64,000 bases of DNA. Source: Moniliella sp. 'wahieum' (taxonomy: Eukaryota). Shown piece after piece: positions 51,731 to 63,205 of the stretch. The position numbers and the translations under genes were made by a program. Positions within the stretch are counted from its first letter, which is position 1. Every line of letters starts with the position of its first letter. Location of the stretch: NCBI GenBank assembly GCA_003971905.1, contig RSEE01000010.1, positions 806,001 to 870,000 of the forward strand, read 5' to 3'. Under the pieces are notes generated by a model. The model saw nothing but the letters and a program-made list of their open reading frames with translations. It was not told the DNA's origin and did no database searches.

Positions 51731-52206
51731 GGCGGGGGGCGGTGGCGAGGCAGCGAGGGAAGGGGGGGGTGGGCGCGCAGATGCGGAGGCGAGCAGCGCA
51801 ATCCAGGAGCTTATCTGGCCAGCGCTGCGAGAGAGGTGGTTAGTGTTGCCTTCACTCATGGAATACTCAGGAATACAGTGTTGCATTCCACTCAGGGAGG
51901 CAGGCGCACGTGTTGCGTCACGTGGCCACCCTTCCCTGCTCGCTCTCCCGCCAGGCGGAATTCGGCGGGCCAGTTTCAGATTTCAATTCGCACACCGGAT
52001 CAGTGGGCATGGCGCCAGTGTGCGGCTGGTCCGCCCGCCCGCCCCCCTGGTTTGCAGCCGAGCGCCTGCCGTTTCCCGCCGCCTGTCTTTCTCCACCACC
52101 TTGCCTCTGTGCCTGCCCAGCCCCTTCCGCGCGCAGCTTTCGATGTGCGTCCCCCCCCCCCGCGCCGCGCCCTCCGCTGACTCTTGTCCCCTGCGCCCAC
52201 AGAACC

Positions 52207-52711
52207 ATGCCTGCCACCGACTTCAACACGGAGCTTTGCCCCGTCTACGCGCCCTTCTTTGGCGCCATGGGCTGCGCGGCCGCCATTGTCTTCACCTGCT
52301 TTGGCGCCTCGTACGGCACGGCCAAGAGCGGCGTGGGTCTGAGTGCGATGGGTGTCCTGCGCCCCGACTTGCTCATCAAGTCTATCATCCCCGTCATTAT
52401 GGCCGGTATCGTGGCCATCTACGGCCTGGTCGTATCGTGCTCATCTCGTCTGGCATCAAGTCGCCCATGTCGCTCTACGCCGGCTTTGTCCAACTTGGCG
52501 CTGGTCTCTCGGTGGGTCTGGCTGGTCTGGCTGCTGGGTTTGCTATTGGTGTGTGGGCGATGCTGGTGTGCGCGGCACGGCCCAACAACCTCGCCTTTTC
52601 ATCGGTATGGTCCTCATCCTCATTTTCGCCGAGGTGCTCGGTCTGTACGGCCTTATTGTCGCCCTGATTATGAACACCCGTGTCCAGGACGACATTGGCT
52701 GCCAGCTCTAA
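52207..52711 (+). CDS. VMA3: V-ATPase 16-kDa proteolipid subunit c
   Basis: '[14 protein letters not shown]', '[12 protein letters not shown]', '[17 protein letters not shown]', '[28 protein letters not shown]'. Two 1-bp frameshifts. Confidence 0.95.
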
Positions 52712-53417
52712 GTGTTTCGCCTAGGCCTGCTCCTCGAATTCGGGCTTTGCTGCGCTGCTTTGGCTCTCCTTCCCTGGGTCACCTTGGTCCCATTGCCTTT
52801 CATTCCCCCGCATGGTACTCGCCTGAGCGTAAGGTGCGGGAGTGCTTAGACTACTTCGTTGTATCTACGTGTCTTGTGCGCACTCGTGGGGCTCCCTGCT
52901 GCGTAAAAGCGTGACGTGCAACATTCCTCCCTTCCTCTCGCCCTCTCCCGCCTCTGCTCCTTTCTGGCCCCACCGCTTGGCTCAAGCCAACGAAAACCGC
53001 ATCCAAATCCCCCCATCCTCCCAGGAGAATGCCAATCGGCTCAGTGTAGTTTCGCCTTCCTTGTAGTCGGATCTCCTTTGGTCCCGCCAGGGGAGGCCGT
53101 ACCAGAGGCGGAGTCCAGGAGCGTTTTAAGGTAGAGACGGGACTGGGAAAAAAGTCGTAGGGTTGGTCATTCATCTTAGGGTCGATCATCGAGATCATCG
53201 ATCACATCAGGGTTGGCGTCATGGACATCTCACACTGACGCTGTGCCAGGAACCAAACCCCAGGTCGCGCACGTCCCAGCGAGCTAAGCTGTACCCGCGG
53301 CTTCTTTGCACGATCGTCGACCTTGGTGACGAGCACCTTGGCCACGACCTCCGTTGCTCCCTTTGCCTTTTCGCCTCGCCGAGTCCCCATTGACCGACGT
53401 TTGACCTGTTCAGTACC

Positions 53418-53819
53418 ATGTAAGTGCAGCGCTTGGGCCCTGCTTTTCCCCGTTCGGCGGCCCCTACCGCGCCCCACACGACCCGACCAGCACGCATTAA
53501 CCTCTTCTCCCGCCTTGCCTAGGGCCCCCGCTCCTCCCCCTGCCCTGGCACCCCCGAGACGCGCCAGACGATTGCTACCTTTGTTGGCGCTACGGAAGGA
53601 TCCAAGCGTCCCGGTGGAGCCAAGTACAGTTTTGATGGCGTGAGGGGATCGGGGACGGCCAAGCTCTGCCGTTCCGCACCCGGTGCCCCCACGCAGTGCA
53701 TTGACGTGGCAGTGGAGGCGAAGGACTTGTTTGCTACCATGCAAGGGTTCGGATTCTTCTGTCTTCTCCCGCAAGACCCTAGCAAGACCAACATTGTCTG
53801 CGAACCCATCCCGCAATAA
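53418..53819 (+). CDS. Small hypothetical protein (~99 aa, 4 Cys); start codon split by an intron
   Basis: AT|GTAAGT intron 53420-53522 ..CTAG|G, then a clean frame ETRQTIATFVGATEGSKRPGGAKYSFDGVRGSGTAKLCRSAPGAPTQCIDVAVEAKDLFATMQGFGFFCLLPQDPSKTNIVCEPIPQ* after correcting one C-run deletion. Confidence 0.7.
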
Positions 53820-54442
53820 ATACGAACTTTCTGTCCCACTTATGGGGGGGGGGGGGGACGAGGGAGGTCTGCTTGGACGAAGTCTCGCTCGCCCCTTCTC
53901 CATGGCGCGAGGACTTTTGGCTGGCCCTCGCTTCCCCCGGAACAGGGAGATTGCTCACCCCCCTCCCTCCCCGCCTGACAAGACTTGTCGCTGGTTGACG
54001 CGTTGGTCTGTTTCCCGCCTGGGAAGATGCTCTCTGTATCGTGAACACACAAGTAGCCGGTCCGGCTCAGTGTCAAAAATGTGCAGCTGTGCCCGCACCG
54101 GTCCTGAAAGCGCAGGTGACAGGTGCTGTTATGACAGGTATTTTGAAGGGGTGGAGGCAGCAGGGTCCCTACCATTTCCCCCTTCATTTGCTTGGGAGGA
54201 GGGGTTGGGATCGTTTTTTAAATCCGAGAGTTCCGAGCAGATCCGAGCAGTGCGCCACCAGGCACACGCTCGTGCCGATGTGCCGAGAGAGAGGGGGCAA
54301 TAACAGTACGTTGAAGACGAGACATCACCTGTGTAGGATTGCGGCTGGAGTGCTAGTAGCACGCCATTGCTTACCTCCTCTTCCCTTTCCCCACCACCAC
54401 CACTCTGGGTTCCCCTCCCTACCCCCCCTCTTGTTTCCGGTC

Positions 54443-56639
54443 ATGCTCGCCTGGCTGACTCGGCCATTCCGGCGGGAACCAAGTACGCAGTACCGCCCAT
54501 CGCGTCCGCGGATGATGATCTGCCGCCCCGGCCAGCCTCGGTGCCCCCCTCTGAATCGGGGAGCAGCAGCGACCTGGAGGCTCGGAACGGGCCCTCTCCA
54601 TCTCCAGTGCCGAAGAGGAGGATCTGGACGTACCAGAGACGCCGTTACCCAAGACGGCGTTGACGATACTGCTGTTGATGCGCATGTCGGAGCCCATTGC
54701 CCAGCTGCAAATTTTCCCTTACATTGCTCAGTTTCTCCAGCACGTCCTTCCTACCATTCCGCACGAGGAGCTAGGGTACTATGCCGGTCTCATCGAAAGC
54801 GCCTTTGCCGCGGCCCAGGTCTGCGTCGTACTGTTCTGGGGCCGATTGAGCGACCAGTATGGCCGGAAACCCATTCTCCTCATCGGTCTCTCGGGCACGT
54901 TCGTCTCAGTCGTCTGTTTTGGTATGGGCACCTCCTTGCCATCGCTCATCGCGGCCCGACTGATTGCTGGATTTAGCAATGGAAACGTTGGTGTTCTCAA
55001 GGCCAGCATTGCTGAAATTACCGACTCGTACGTCTTCCTCTGTGCAGTGGGTTTGTGTGCTGACATGGTTTCGCCTCTAGCACCAACCAAGCCCGGGCAT
55101 TCGCCTTTGTCCCACTCTCGTATGCGATTGGCACGTTGATTGGTCCCTATTTGGGGGCCAATTTGGCTGACCCCTACAATGTATTGGACAAGGAGGGCAA
55201 CTACCTCCCAGGGAACGAGCACGACCCTCGCTTCTTTGCCCGGTACCCTTTCGCTCTCCCTTGCTTTGTCACTCGCTCTTTAACCTTGCCGCCATTCTTC
55301 TGGGGACCTTCTTCCTCCAGGAGACCCTGGGCACCGAGCCCCCTGGCTCGCAGCCCGACAAGCCATCCAACCCTTCGTCACGAACCCAATCCCAGGCCAG
55401 AACCAAGGACAGAGCTACGGCACAATGTCTCCCCCGGCTCCCCGTTCTTCTCTCCACCCGCATCTCGAAGGCATGCCAAGTAGCCTGGCATCCGAGGCGG
55501 AGGCGCAGCAGTGGAGGCGGAGCGTCCCCTCGGGGCGCACGTCCCCCTCGGACGCCAGCGCAGGATCAGTACGGAGCGCCGCCTTTCGAGCTTGTACCAG
55601 GATGGCGAGCAAAACGAGGGCTCGGCCTTGACTGTGGCCGCGCTGGCTCGGGCGGACCAGTCTCCGCAGTCAAGGAGACGAAGCAGCGCATGGGACTTGG
55701 TCGCTGGCACCCACCGCCAAGTGGGCTCGGACGATCGTGCATTGGCTCCGGCGCTGCATGTGCATAGCCCCGGTCATTACTTTCACCAGCACCGTTCTTC
55801 GAGCAATCTGTCCCACGCACCCTCGGCGCCCTCGGCCGGAACTGCCCACGGCGACGAGAAATTGAGCATGATCCACCCCATTTGACTCCTCCTCCTCTCC
55901 GCAGCTTGATGACCTTTGATATCTTGACTGTCATCTCCTCCTCCCAGGTATGTCTTTCTTCTCTTGTCTGCGTGCCCGAGTCGTACTAATCGATACTGCT
56001 ACTCGGTTGGGATTGCAAATGCCAGATGCTGCTCAACCTGCTCAACATCTCCTACATGGCCGTGCTGCCTCTGTTTTGCTACACTCGCGTTCAGCATGGG
56101 GGCATCGGCTTCAAGCGCTCTGACATTGGCAACATCCTGGGTGCAACGGGGGCGCTGAGCATCGTGGTCCAACTGGGTCTGCTGCCGAGCTTGATGCGGT
56201 ACTACCGCGGCGCGCTCGGGCTGATTCGCCGCGCCGTACCGCTGCAAGCGTTGGTGTGGGTTTGTTTCCCGCTGGCGCAGGTGGCTGCGCGTGTGGCGCA
56301 AAGCAAGCACCAGGGACCGCTCCTGCCCTGGCTTTGCATTGGGGCGATGGTGCTGCTCAAAGTGCTGACCAACACGTCGCTGGTGGCACGACGGTGCTGA
56401 TCAACCAACATGCGCCCTCGCGCGCTGCGTTAGGCGCCATCAACGGCCTCTCGTCTATGTGTGGCTCGTTTAGCCGCACCATTGGCCCCGCGGCCAGCAC
56501 TTCGTTGTTTGCCTATTCGGCAGCCCAGGACGCGTCGCTGCTGCGGCGCAACTCGGTGTGGCTCATCCAGATCCTCATCTCGCTCGTCTGCTTTGGCCTG
56601 ACGCTGCGCATCCGGCCCGTGGCGCGGCCCCCCGCCTGA
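54443..56639 (+). CDS. MFS transporter (TetA/ZIFL/YCR023C-like), spliced and frameshifted
   Basis: 'LLMRMSEPI...IFPYI', 'GYYAGLIESAF', motif A-like 'WGRLSDQYGRKPIL', 'NGNVGVLKASIAEITD', 'YPFALPC', 'LGAINGL...SRTIGPA'. Confidence 0.88.
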
Positions 56640-57090
56640 GGCGACGCGTCCTCCGGCCACCAGAGGGATGGACGCGTCTGCTGCTTCCCCCATGGATGGT
56701 GCTTGGCTAGGTACGGCTTGATCGCGGGTGGGTTAAGGAGGGTGTGTTGTTGTTGGCGGTAGGTAGTAATGGATGCGATGTGTGATCGATGGGTGGCGGC
56801 GTGGTGCATGATAGGGGAGGGGGCAGGGGGCAGTGCCGAGGGGAGCGAGCACCCGGAGGGGCGGTGCTAGGGTTGGGCTGCGTGCGTGAATGCGGGGCGA
56901 GTGTGATGAATGGCCGCAGAAACTGAAAACAGGAACTGAAAGCAGAACCGCTACACTGCCCCTGTGCCCGGCGCAGCAGCTGCCCAGCCAGTCTGCATGC
57001 CTGATTGCCGCACCAGGCCCCTCGCCAACACCACCTCCATCTCCTCCCGGGCGCCGCTGTGCTGTTCTCTGCGCGCCGTCGCCACCCCCC

Positions 57091-58498
57091 ATGTTCGTCG
57101 CCTCGACGCTCTACTCGCTGGGTATGTGCCTCCCCCCCCCGTATCCGCGCCCCCCTTCTGACCCCTTCCCAGCGCGCGGCGTGGCCACCAGCCCCGATGA
57201 TCGCGACGCCCGCGCCGACAATGTGCGTGTCAAGCGCAGTCAACGCAAGTCGGCCCCGCGCACCGCCACGGCCACCACCCCCGATGCCTACCTGGACCCC
57301 GAGCCAGGCTCCCCGCCACCGCCTTACGAGGACATCAACCTCACCGAGGCCGAGCGCGTCGCCCAGAACATCCGCCGCGCCAAGGTGGCGATGATTGATG
57401 ATCTTCTCCAGGAGGAGGATCTGTACAAGCTGCTTGGTGCAATCGCACCGCCAAGATCGAGGAGATCCGACGCGGGTTTCTCATGCGCAGCCGCGTCTGC
57501 CACCCCGAGTACGTTTGGCCCCTCGCTTTGTCCATTTTTCTACCACCCTAAGGCCTAACTAACCCATTTCCGTCTCGCCCGTGTCCAGCAAATTGCCCGA
57601 TTATCCTCCTACCACACTGCCTTTCAACGCATCTCGCTTGCGTACGAAACGCTATCCAAGCCAACCACTCGGCGCATGTACGATGTAAGTGGCCGGAGCG
57701 ACATCAGCACCATCCCGGCCGCCCTCGTTTGACGAGGGCATCAATGACGAGACGCTCAACGGTGTGCTGTACAATGTCTTTTCCGAGTTTATGGATGGGG
57801 ACTTTGAGATGATCCGGGTGATGATCAGTGCGCTCAACGAGGCCAACCCTGGTCTCGAATTGGGGAAGATGCAGTGCAAAACTTTGAAGGCATGTTCAAA
57901 CGCATTCGTGCCGTTGTTCTTGCTGGACAAAAGTATTTCCGCATCATCCGGTTCGAACTGATCCGCCTCTACGAGACGCAACATGCGCTACGCCAGTTGT
58001 CGTACTTTGACGTGTTTGGACGCTGCGTCTTACGTTGCAACTCGCCCGGGTCACGCTCAGCATCCCCATGGCCATTGATGCCGTGATGGTCAGCAACCCC
58101 GAGGAGAAGGGGGAGTCGCCAGAAACGGAGTCGAGTACCATCAAGGCAGACAACCCCGATCCTCTGCTGCGCCGGATACCGAGTCGAGCGAGGACGAGCA
58201 GCCGAGTCCGGAGATGGCATTTGGCTTGGCGGACGATGTACACGAAACAGCGCGGCGGCAGGAAAGAAAGGCGCGACATAGGGCAGCCAAAGCTGCCCGC
58301 GCAGCACGCAAGGAACAGCGCAAGAAACAAACCCCGCACGGTCACATTCCTCAAACCTCTGCACCCCATACCCCCGAGGCCTGGGGGCTGCTCGGCCCCG
58401 CTGGACGGGGCTTGCTGGGAGGTATCGTGGCGGCCCTCGAGACGTCCGAGAGCTGGGTCCCTGGATCCAGCGGGACAACGGCACCCGAGTACACCTAA
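57091..58498 (+). CDS. DnaJ (J-domain) protein
   Basis: 'DLYKLLG', 'EEIRRGFLMRSRVCHP' continuing across an intron (~57509-57588), 'AFQRISLAYETLSKPTTRRMYD', then 'LNGVLYNVFSEFMDGDFEMIR' and 'FELIRLYE...LRQLSYFDVFGR'. Confidence 0.8.
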
Positions 58499-59624
58499 TC
58501 CCCTAACACGCACGATGGTGGGAGTACGTCTGGTCAAGATGGCTCCCTCTTTCCTATCCTTGTTTACGTTCTATGCTACCCTCTTTCCCTCCGCCACGCC
58601 TGCACGTCCATTGTTTGGCGTCTGTGTTCGGATACGGCCGACACTTCCTCTTTTGAGGTTGGGTTTGGCCGGGATACTGTATACCCTTTATATGTTCCCC
58701 TGTTGCTTTGCCAATACCTTGCTGTTTCCGGCTCCACTATGGTTTTGTCATGGTGGCCCGCTTGTATTTATGACCCCGTCATTCGGCTGTGTTCTTGCTG
58801 CACTTAGTTTGTTTGCTTGCCGGTGCAGATGATTCCCACTGCGAGGGTTGTTGTGTACTTCTGTTTAAAGAGTGGCTGAGTGTGGTTCCTCCTCAACGAG
58901 GAAAGAAGTGGAAAAGGGGAAGATGCTATAGAGCTGGGTCTCGCCTTGGCAGTAAAGGCCAAAAGACAAAACGGTAACCGGCAACGGTGGGCCCGCCTTG
59001 TAGTATGATGTCACTGTGAAAGAGAGACCCCACGCATCATTCAACAGGCTTCAGCTTCAGGCCACCAGGCCCTAGAACAACTCGCATGTGGCCGGCCGCT
59101 CTGCGATGCGCTTCCTTATTTCGGCTTTGTCGCTTTTTGCCACACACCGGTACCTTTTTCCTGAGACTTGTGCATACCTCTTCTCTTCGCCGCGGCTCAC
59201 CTTACACGCCTATCCCCGTCCTATACCCTATCTTCTCTGTACAAGTGTGGCTGTATCAAAACGCCAGTACACACTCTGAAGTGAAACCGAGACCACAGCA
59301 GTATCTGCCCCCTTTCCATCAACAGACTCAGCGACGTTCAGGCACAGTCTGCCGAAGAGGGTGGTCGCAATCGGGGTGTGGTGAGTGCCTGCGCAGACGT
59401 TGAACCTCCGCTACAACTTGGCCTTGCTTATCCATTCAACGTTCAGCGTTCAACAGTTCCCTTGCACTTCGACAGAACGTGTGGTGCATCTACTTGCTGC
59501 TTTCTTCCTGTAGGCATTCTCTCGCGCTGCTTTCACACACACTTACTGGCCCTACCGGAACAATACAGACCGGAAACACGCACCAATGCCCACCTCGCCC
59601 ATCTTATAGTTGGGCCTCCAAGCT

Positions 59625-59700
59625 TGTCAAGCTTCAAGCTTCAAGCTTCAAGCTTCAAGCTTCAGCTTCAACGTTCAACGTTCAACGTTCAACGTTTAAC
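59625..59700. repeat. Tandem heptamer array CTTCAAG x4, then GTTCAAC x3, then GTTTAAC
   Basis: CTTCAAG x4 at 59632-59659, GTTCAAC x3 at 59673-59693, GTTTAAC at 59694-59700. Confidence 0.9.
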
Positions 59701-60767
59701 ACTTTTGCCCGTTCACCTTCTCTTTGAGAACGACAGAGAACGACAGGGAGTGGCAGGGAGCGGCTCGATAGAGACATTGATGGTGGCACCGTTTGGCGCC
59801 ACATCCGTCACGTTTGTCACATGTCACATGCGCCATGGTGCAAAGGCTGATTGTAATACCAAGGAGTTCTTGACCTGGGGGTGGCACAGCAGGCAAGCAG
59901 GCCACAGCAGGCCACGCCTGCTACAGCTTACAGCGATCATCGATCACTTGGAGCATGGGATGGGGCGGAGCCTGGCGGAGCACGCCAAGTGGCTAGATTA
60001 GAGAGCATGTGGATTCCCGCCATCACATTATGTCACAGACGTCCCGGCGGCAGCCACTCACTGCGACAAAGTGCCTCATAACTAGTAACTGACAGCGTGT
60101 TATGTGGGTGCCAGTCGTACGTCCGCGGGCGTAACGTACCGTAACCACTTCTATGTCAATCGCTGATCGCTTCCATCCCATGAGCACGTGGGCGCCTGAG
60201 TGCCTGAGCCTGAGTCGAAGGTATATGATGCAATGGATGACATAAGTACTAAGGCTAGAGTCTCAGCGGGAGCTTAGGGGCGCTCAGCCGCTCAAAGACT
60301 CAAATGTAAGCCGTTGTATAGTGGGTCTAGCGCCCAGTGCCCACCGGCCAAATCCCGTTCATCTGCAGTCTATGTGTCACGTCGAGAATCTGCACCTGTA
60401 CTACGTTTTTCCCGTCCGCAAGTGTTACTAACAGGTGCTCGGTTTGATAAGTTGGAGGGGCCTCACCATCTCAATGGGTGAGATCAATGAGTACTGGAAG
60501 CTAGCTTGAATCTCGAAGTCCTGCACTTGCACAACGGCTACGGGATGGGGGTCGCCGGTCGCCTGTCACCGTCGGTCACCTTACTATGCCCCCGTCACAT
60601 ATGTCAGCATTCTAGTTGAAGAGCTTGCCCGTGGGGTTGGGACGTGTGGGTGCGTGAGTGAGGAGAACGCGGCGCACCTTCCATGAGCTATAAAGCCCTC
60701 TCCTTTTGACGTTTGTCAGCACCTTTTTATCCCCGTTACCACCACTTTAGTCTTGACTTTCATCGCC

Positions 60768-61619
60768 ATGTCCATTCCCGACTACATGACCGATCCGGAT
60801 GCCGTCCTGAAGGACAATGTTACCTGGCGCCACAAGATGGCCCCCAGCTACAAGAAGACGCGCGAGTTTGCCAACGAGAGTATGTTGACGAGACGACCCA
60901 TTCTATCATTCACATTTGCATGCTTTCCCATCGCTCTCTTTCTGACCTTTTGGATTGTGTACACAGCCAAGACCACCAACTGGGAAGCTGGCTCGCTTCC
61001 TGACCTTGTTTCCAACCTTGTCAAGAACTGGGAAATCGAGGCTAGCTTTAAGCCCAACCTGGAGGACTGGCGTACGATCGATCAGAGCAACTACACGTTT
61101 AGTTTGAACGGAGGTCCACGAACAACGGGGCACGACATGCTCCGGGTGGGGACGTACAATGCTCTGCTGGGCAACAGCCAGTTCTACAGCCCCGAGCACA
61201 ACGACTTTGAAGCGTCGCACAAGACGTTCAAGCGGATGATGCCTACGTTTGCATGGGAAGTGCTGGAAGTCTACTCCGGCCCTCCCACTGTGGCGGCCAA
61301 GTGGAGGCATTGGGGTGTGATGAAGAACGACTATACCGGCCGCAACGACAAGGGGGAGATGGTGCGGGTCAAGGCGCACGGAGGCACGCTGAGCATTGAG
61401 GGCATCGTGGTGGCCAAGGTGAACGACAAGTTCCAGCTCGAGAGCATCGACATTTGGTACGACCCCATGGCCATCTTCCACGAGATCGCGCGCGAGGCAG
61501 GCGAGCGCGGGGTCGAGATTGAGCCTTTGCAGGGCGAGGCGGCGGCACAGGCGGCCATCAACCCTCATACGGGTGCTGCCTCGCAGACCGGCGGGGCGTG
61601 TCCGTTCGCTCACCAGTAA
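60768..61619 (+). CDS. 'Pathogen-related protein'-like (NTF2/SnoaL-like fold)
   Basis: 'PDYMTDPDAVLKD..WR..APSY', 'LVSNLVKNWEIEASFK', 'GTYNAL', 'SHKTFKRMMPTFAWEVLEVYSGPP.V..KWRHWG'. Intron ~60880-60966; TATAAA at ~60689. Confidence 0.8.
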   Translation: MSIPDYMTDPDAVLKDNVTWRHKMAPSYKKTREFANESMLTRRPILSFTFACFPIALFLTFWIVYTAKTTNWEAGSLPDLVSNLVKNWEIEASFKPNLEDWRTIDQSNYTFSLNGGPRTTGHDMLRVGTYNALLGNSQFYSPEHNDFEASHKTFKRMMPTFAWEVLEVYSGPPTVAAKWRHWGVMKNDYTGRNDKGEMVRVKAHGGTLSIEGIVVAKVNDKFQLESIDIWYDPMAIFHEIAREAGERGVEIEPLQGEAAAQAAINPHTGAASQTGGACPFAHQ

Positions 61620-62083
61620 GGCTGCAGCTGTTCCTTCGTAATTGTTTCCTTCCCTATATTAGTCTCAGTGAACATATTCGATCTGTCCTGGGCCGTGTCT
61701 CAACCCGTCCGCATTGATGGTCCGGACAAGCAAGCGCAATCTTCTCCAACGGGGTCGGACAGTTGTGTTAGCGGTGGAAGTGGGTGAACAGAGTATTCTA
61801 CTACCATCCATGTATCTGTTGGCGCTAACTAGCCCCTCCGCCCAATATATCTGTGCAGACATCGAAGACGAAGCGGCGGTTAGGCCTTTTTGTTTTTCGC
61901 CGCACGCGTCACGAGCGATGATCATCACTGGCAGCTTGAAGACATACCGGAAGAAACATTTTTTGGCTGCCTGAATTGATTTCAACGTTCAACCCTCGCC
62001 GGTGGATCCCTAGGTCGACCCTAGGACAGACCTTTGAAACGCTGTCCCCCCTCACCACCATCAACCTCCACATCGACGCCGCC

Positions 62084-63185
62084 ATGGCAGCACCAACATC
62101 GCTTGCCACGTGCTTCAGGTTACCAACGCTCAGGACCAGTGCCTTATTTTCGCCCGGGCGTCGCATGTTGGGCTCCAGCGCCCGCGTCTGCGCGCATGAC
62201 AACCCGCTCGGTCTTCCTCGCAACACTGATCCGCCTGCCTTCCCGCGCCGAAGAGGCCCCGAGAAGCGCCGCATTCCACACGCCGCTACGTCGTCGCTGT
62301 CTCCTCTGGAAAGGGGGGCGTGGGCAAATCCACTGTGGCGGCCAACTTGGCCGTGGCCTTATCCCTCTCCACCCCCAGTGGGCCAGCGCTTGGCCCCCTC
62401 CCCCTGCCGGGCAGCGGCCTCGAGTGGGACTGCTCGACTTGGACGTTTTGGTCCCTCGGTACCAAGACTACTGGGGCTCAAGGACGCACCAGAGCCGGAT
62501 TTGACACCGGCTGGGGCACTGGTGCCACTCAAGAGCCACGGGCTGAAGGCCATGTCGCTTGGGTTCTTGCTGCCTCCCTCCTCGGCGCTGCCGGGGATGG
62601 ACAGAGCGAGGGAAACGAAGATACGCCAGTGGTTTGGCGAGGGATGATGGTAATGAAGGCCGTGCAGCAACTGCTTTTTGACGTGGACTGGCGTGGACCC
62701 GAGTCGCTTTCTTTGCCCGCTGATGTTTCGGCACCAGGGGTGGACGTGTTGGTGATCGATATGCCACCTGGGACCGGGGATGTGGCCTTATCCCTGGTGC
62801 AGTTGGCCGAAATCGACGCCAGCGTTGTTGTCTCGACTCCGCAAGAGGTGGCTCTTGCTGACGCGCGCAAAGGCCTGGCCCTGTTCCGGAAAACAGGCGT
62901 GCCTGATCCGGGCCTGCTGCTCAACATGGCCCACCTCGTCCTGCCCGATGGCACCAAGAGTGAAATCTTTGGTTCGGCGACCAAGTTTGACGAGCTGGCT
63001 GCCCAGCTGGGTGCACCGTGCTCGGCCGAATCCCTATTGACCCCCAACTCAGTCCTGCAGCCGACCAAGGCCGGCCCGCTTCGTTGGACCTTCTGCATCC
63101 TACAACGGCGGGTGTGACGGCGCAAGCGTTTGCACATGTAGCACAGGATGTATGGCAGCTCCTGTTGAAGCCTAAGAAGGTGTGA
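62084..63185 (+). CDS. IND1: Mrp/NBP35-family P-loop ATPase, mitochondrial IND1/NUBPL-like (complex I Fe-S assembly), frameshifted
   Basis: Presequence, 'HDNPLGLP', 'SSGKGGVGKSTVAANLA', 'GLLDLD', 'MSLGFL', 'PVVWRGMMVMKAVQQLLFDVDW', 'DMPPGTGD', 'STPQEVALADA'. Confidence 0.85.
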
Positions 63186-63205
63186 GTGGCACTCTTCCAT
63201 CCTTT

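Noticed and set aside
53202..53903. 233-aa minus-strand ORF
   Set aside because: Better explained as the antisense shadow of the plus-strand spliced small gene at 53418-53819.
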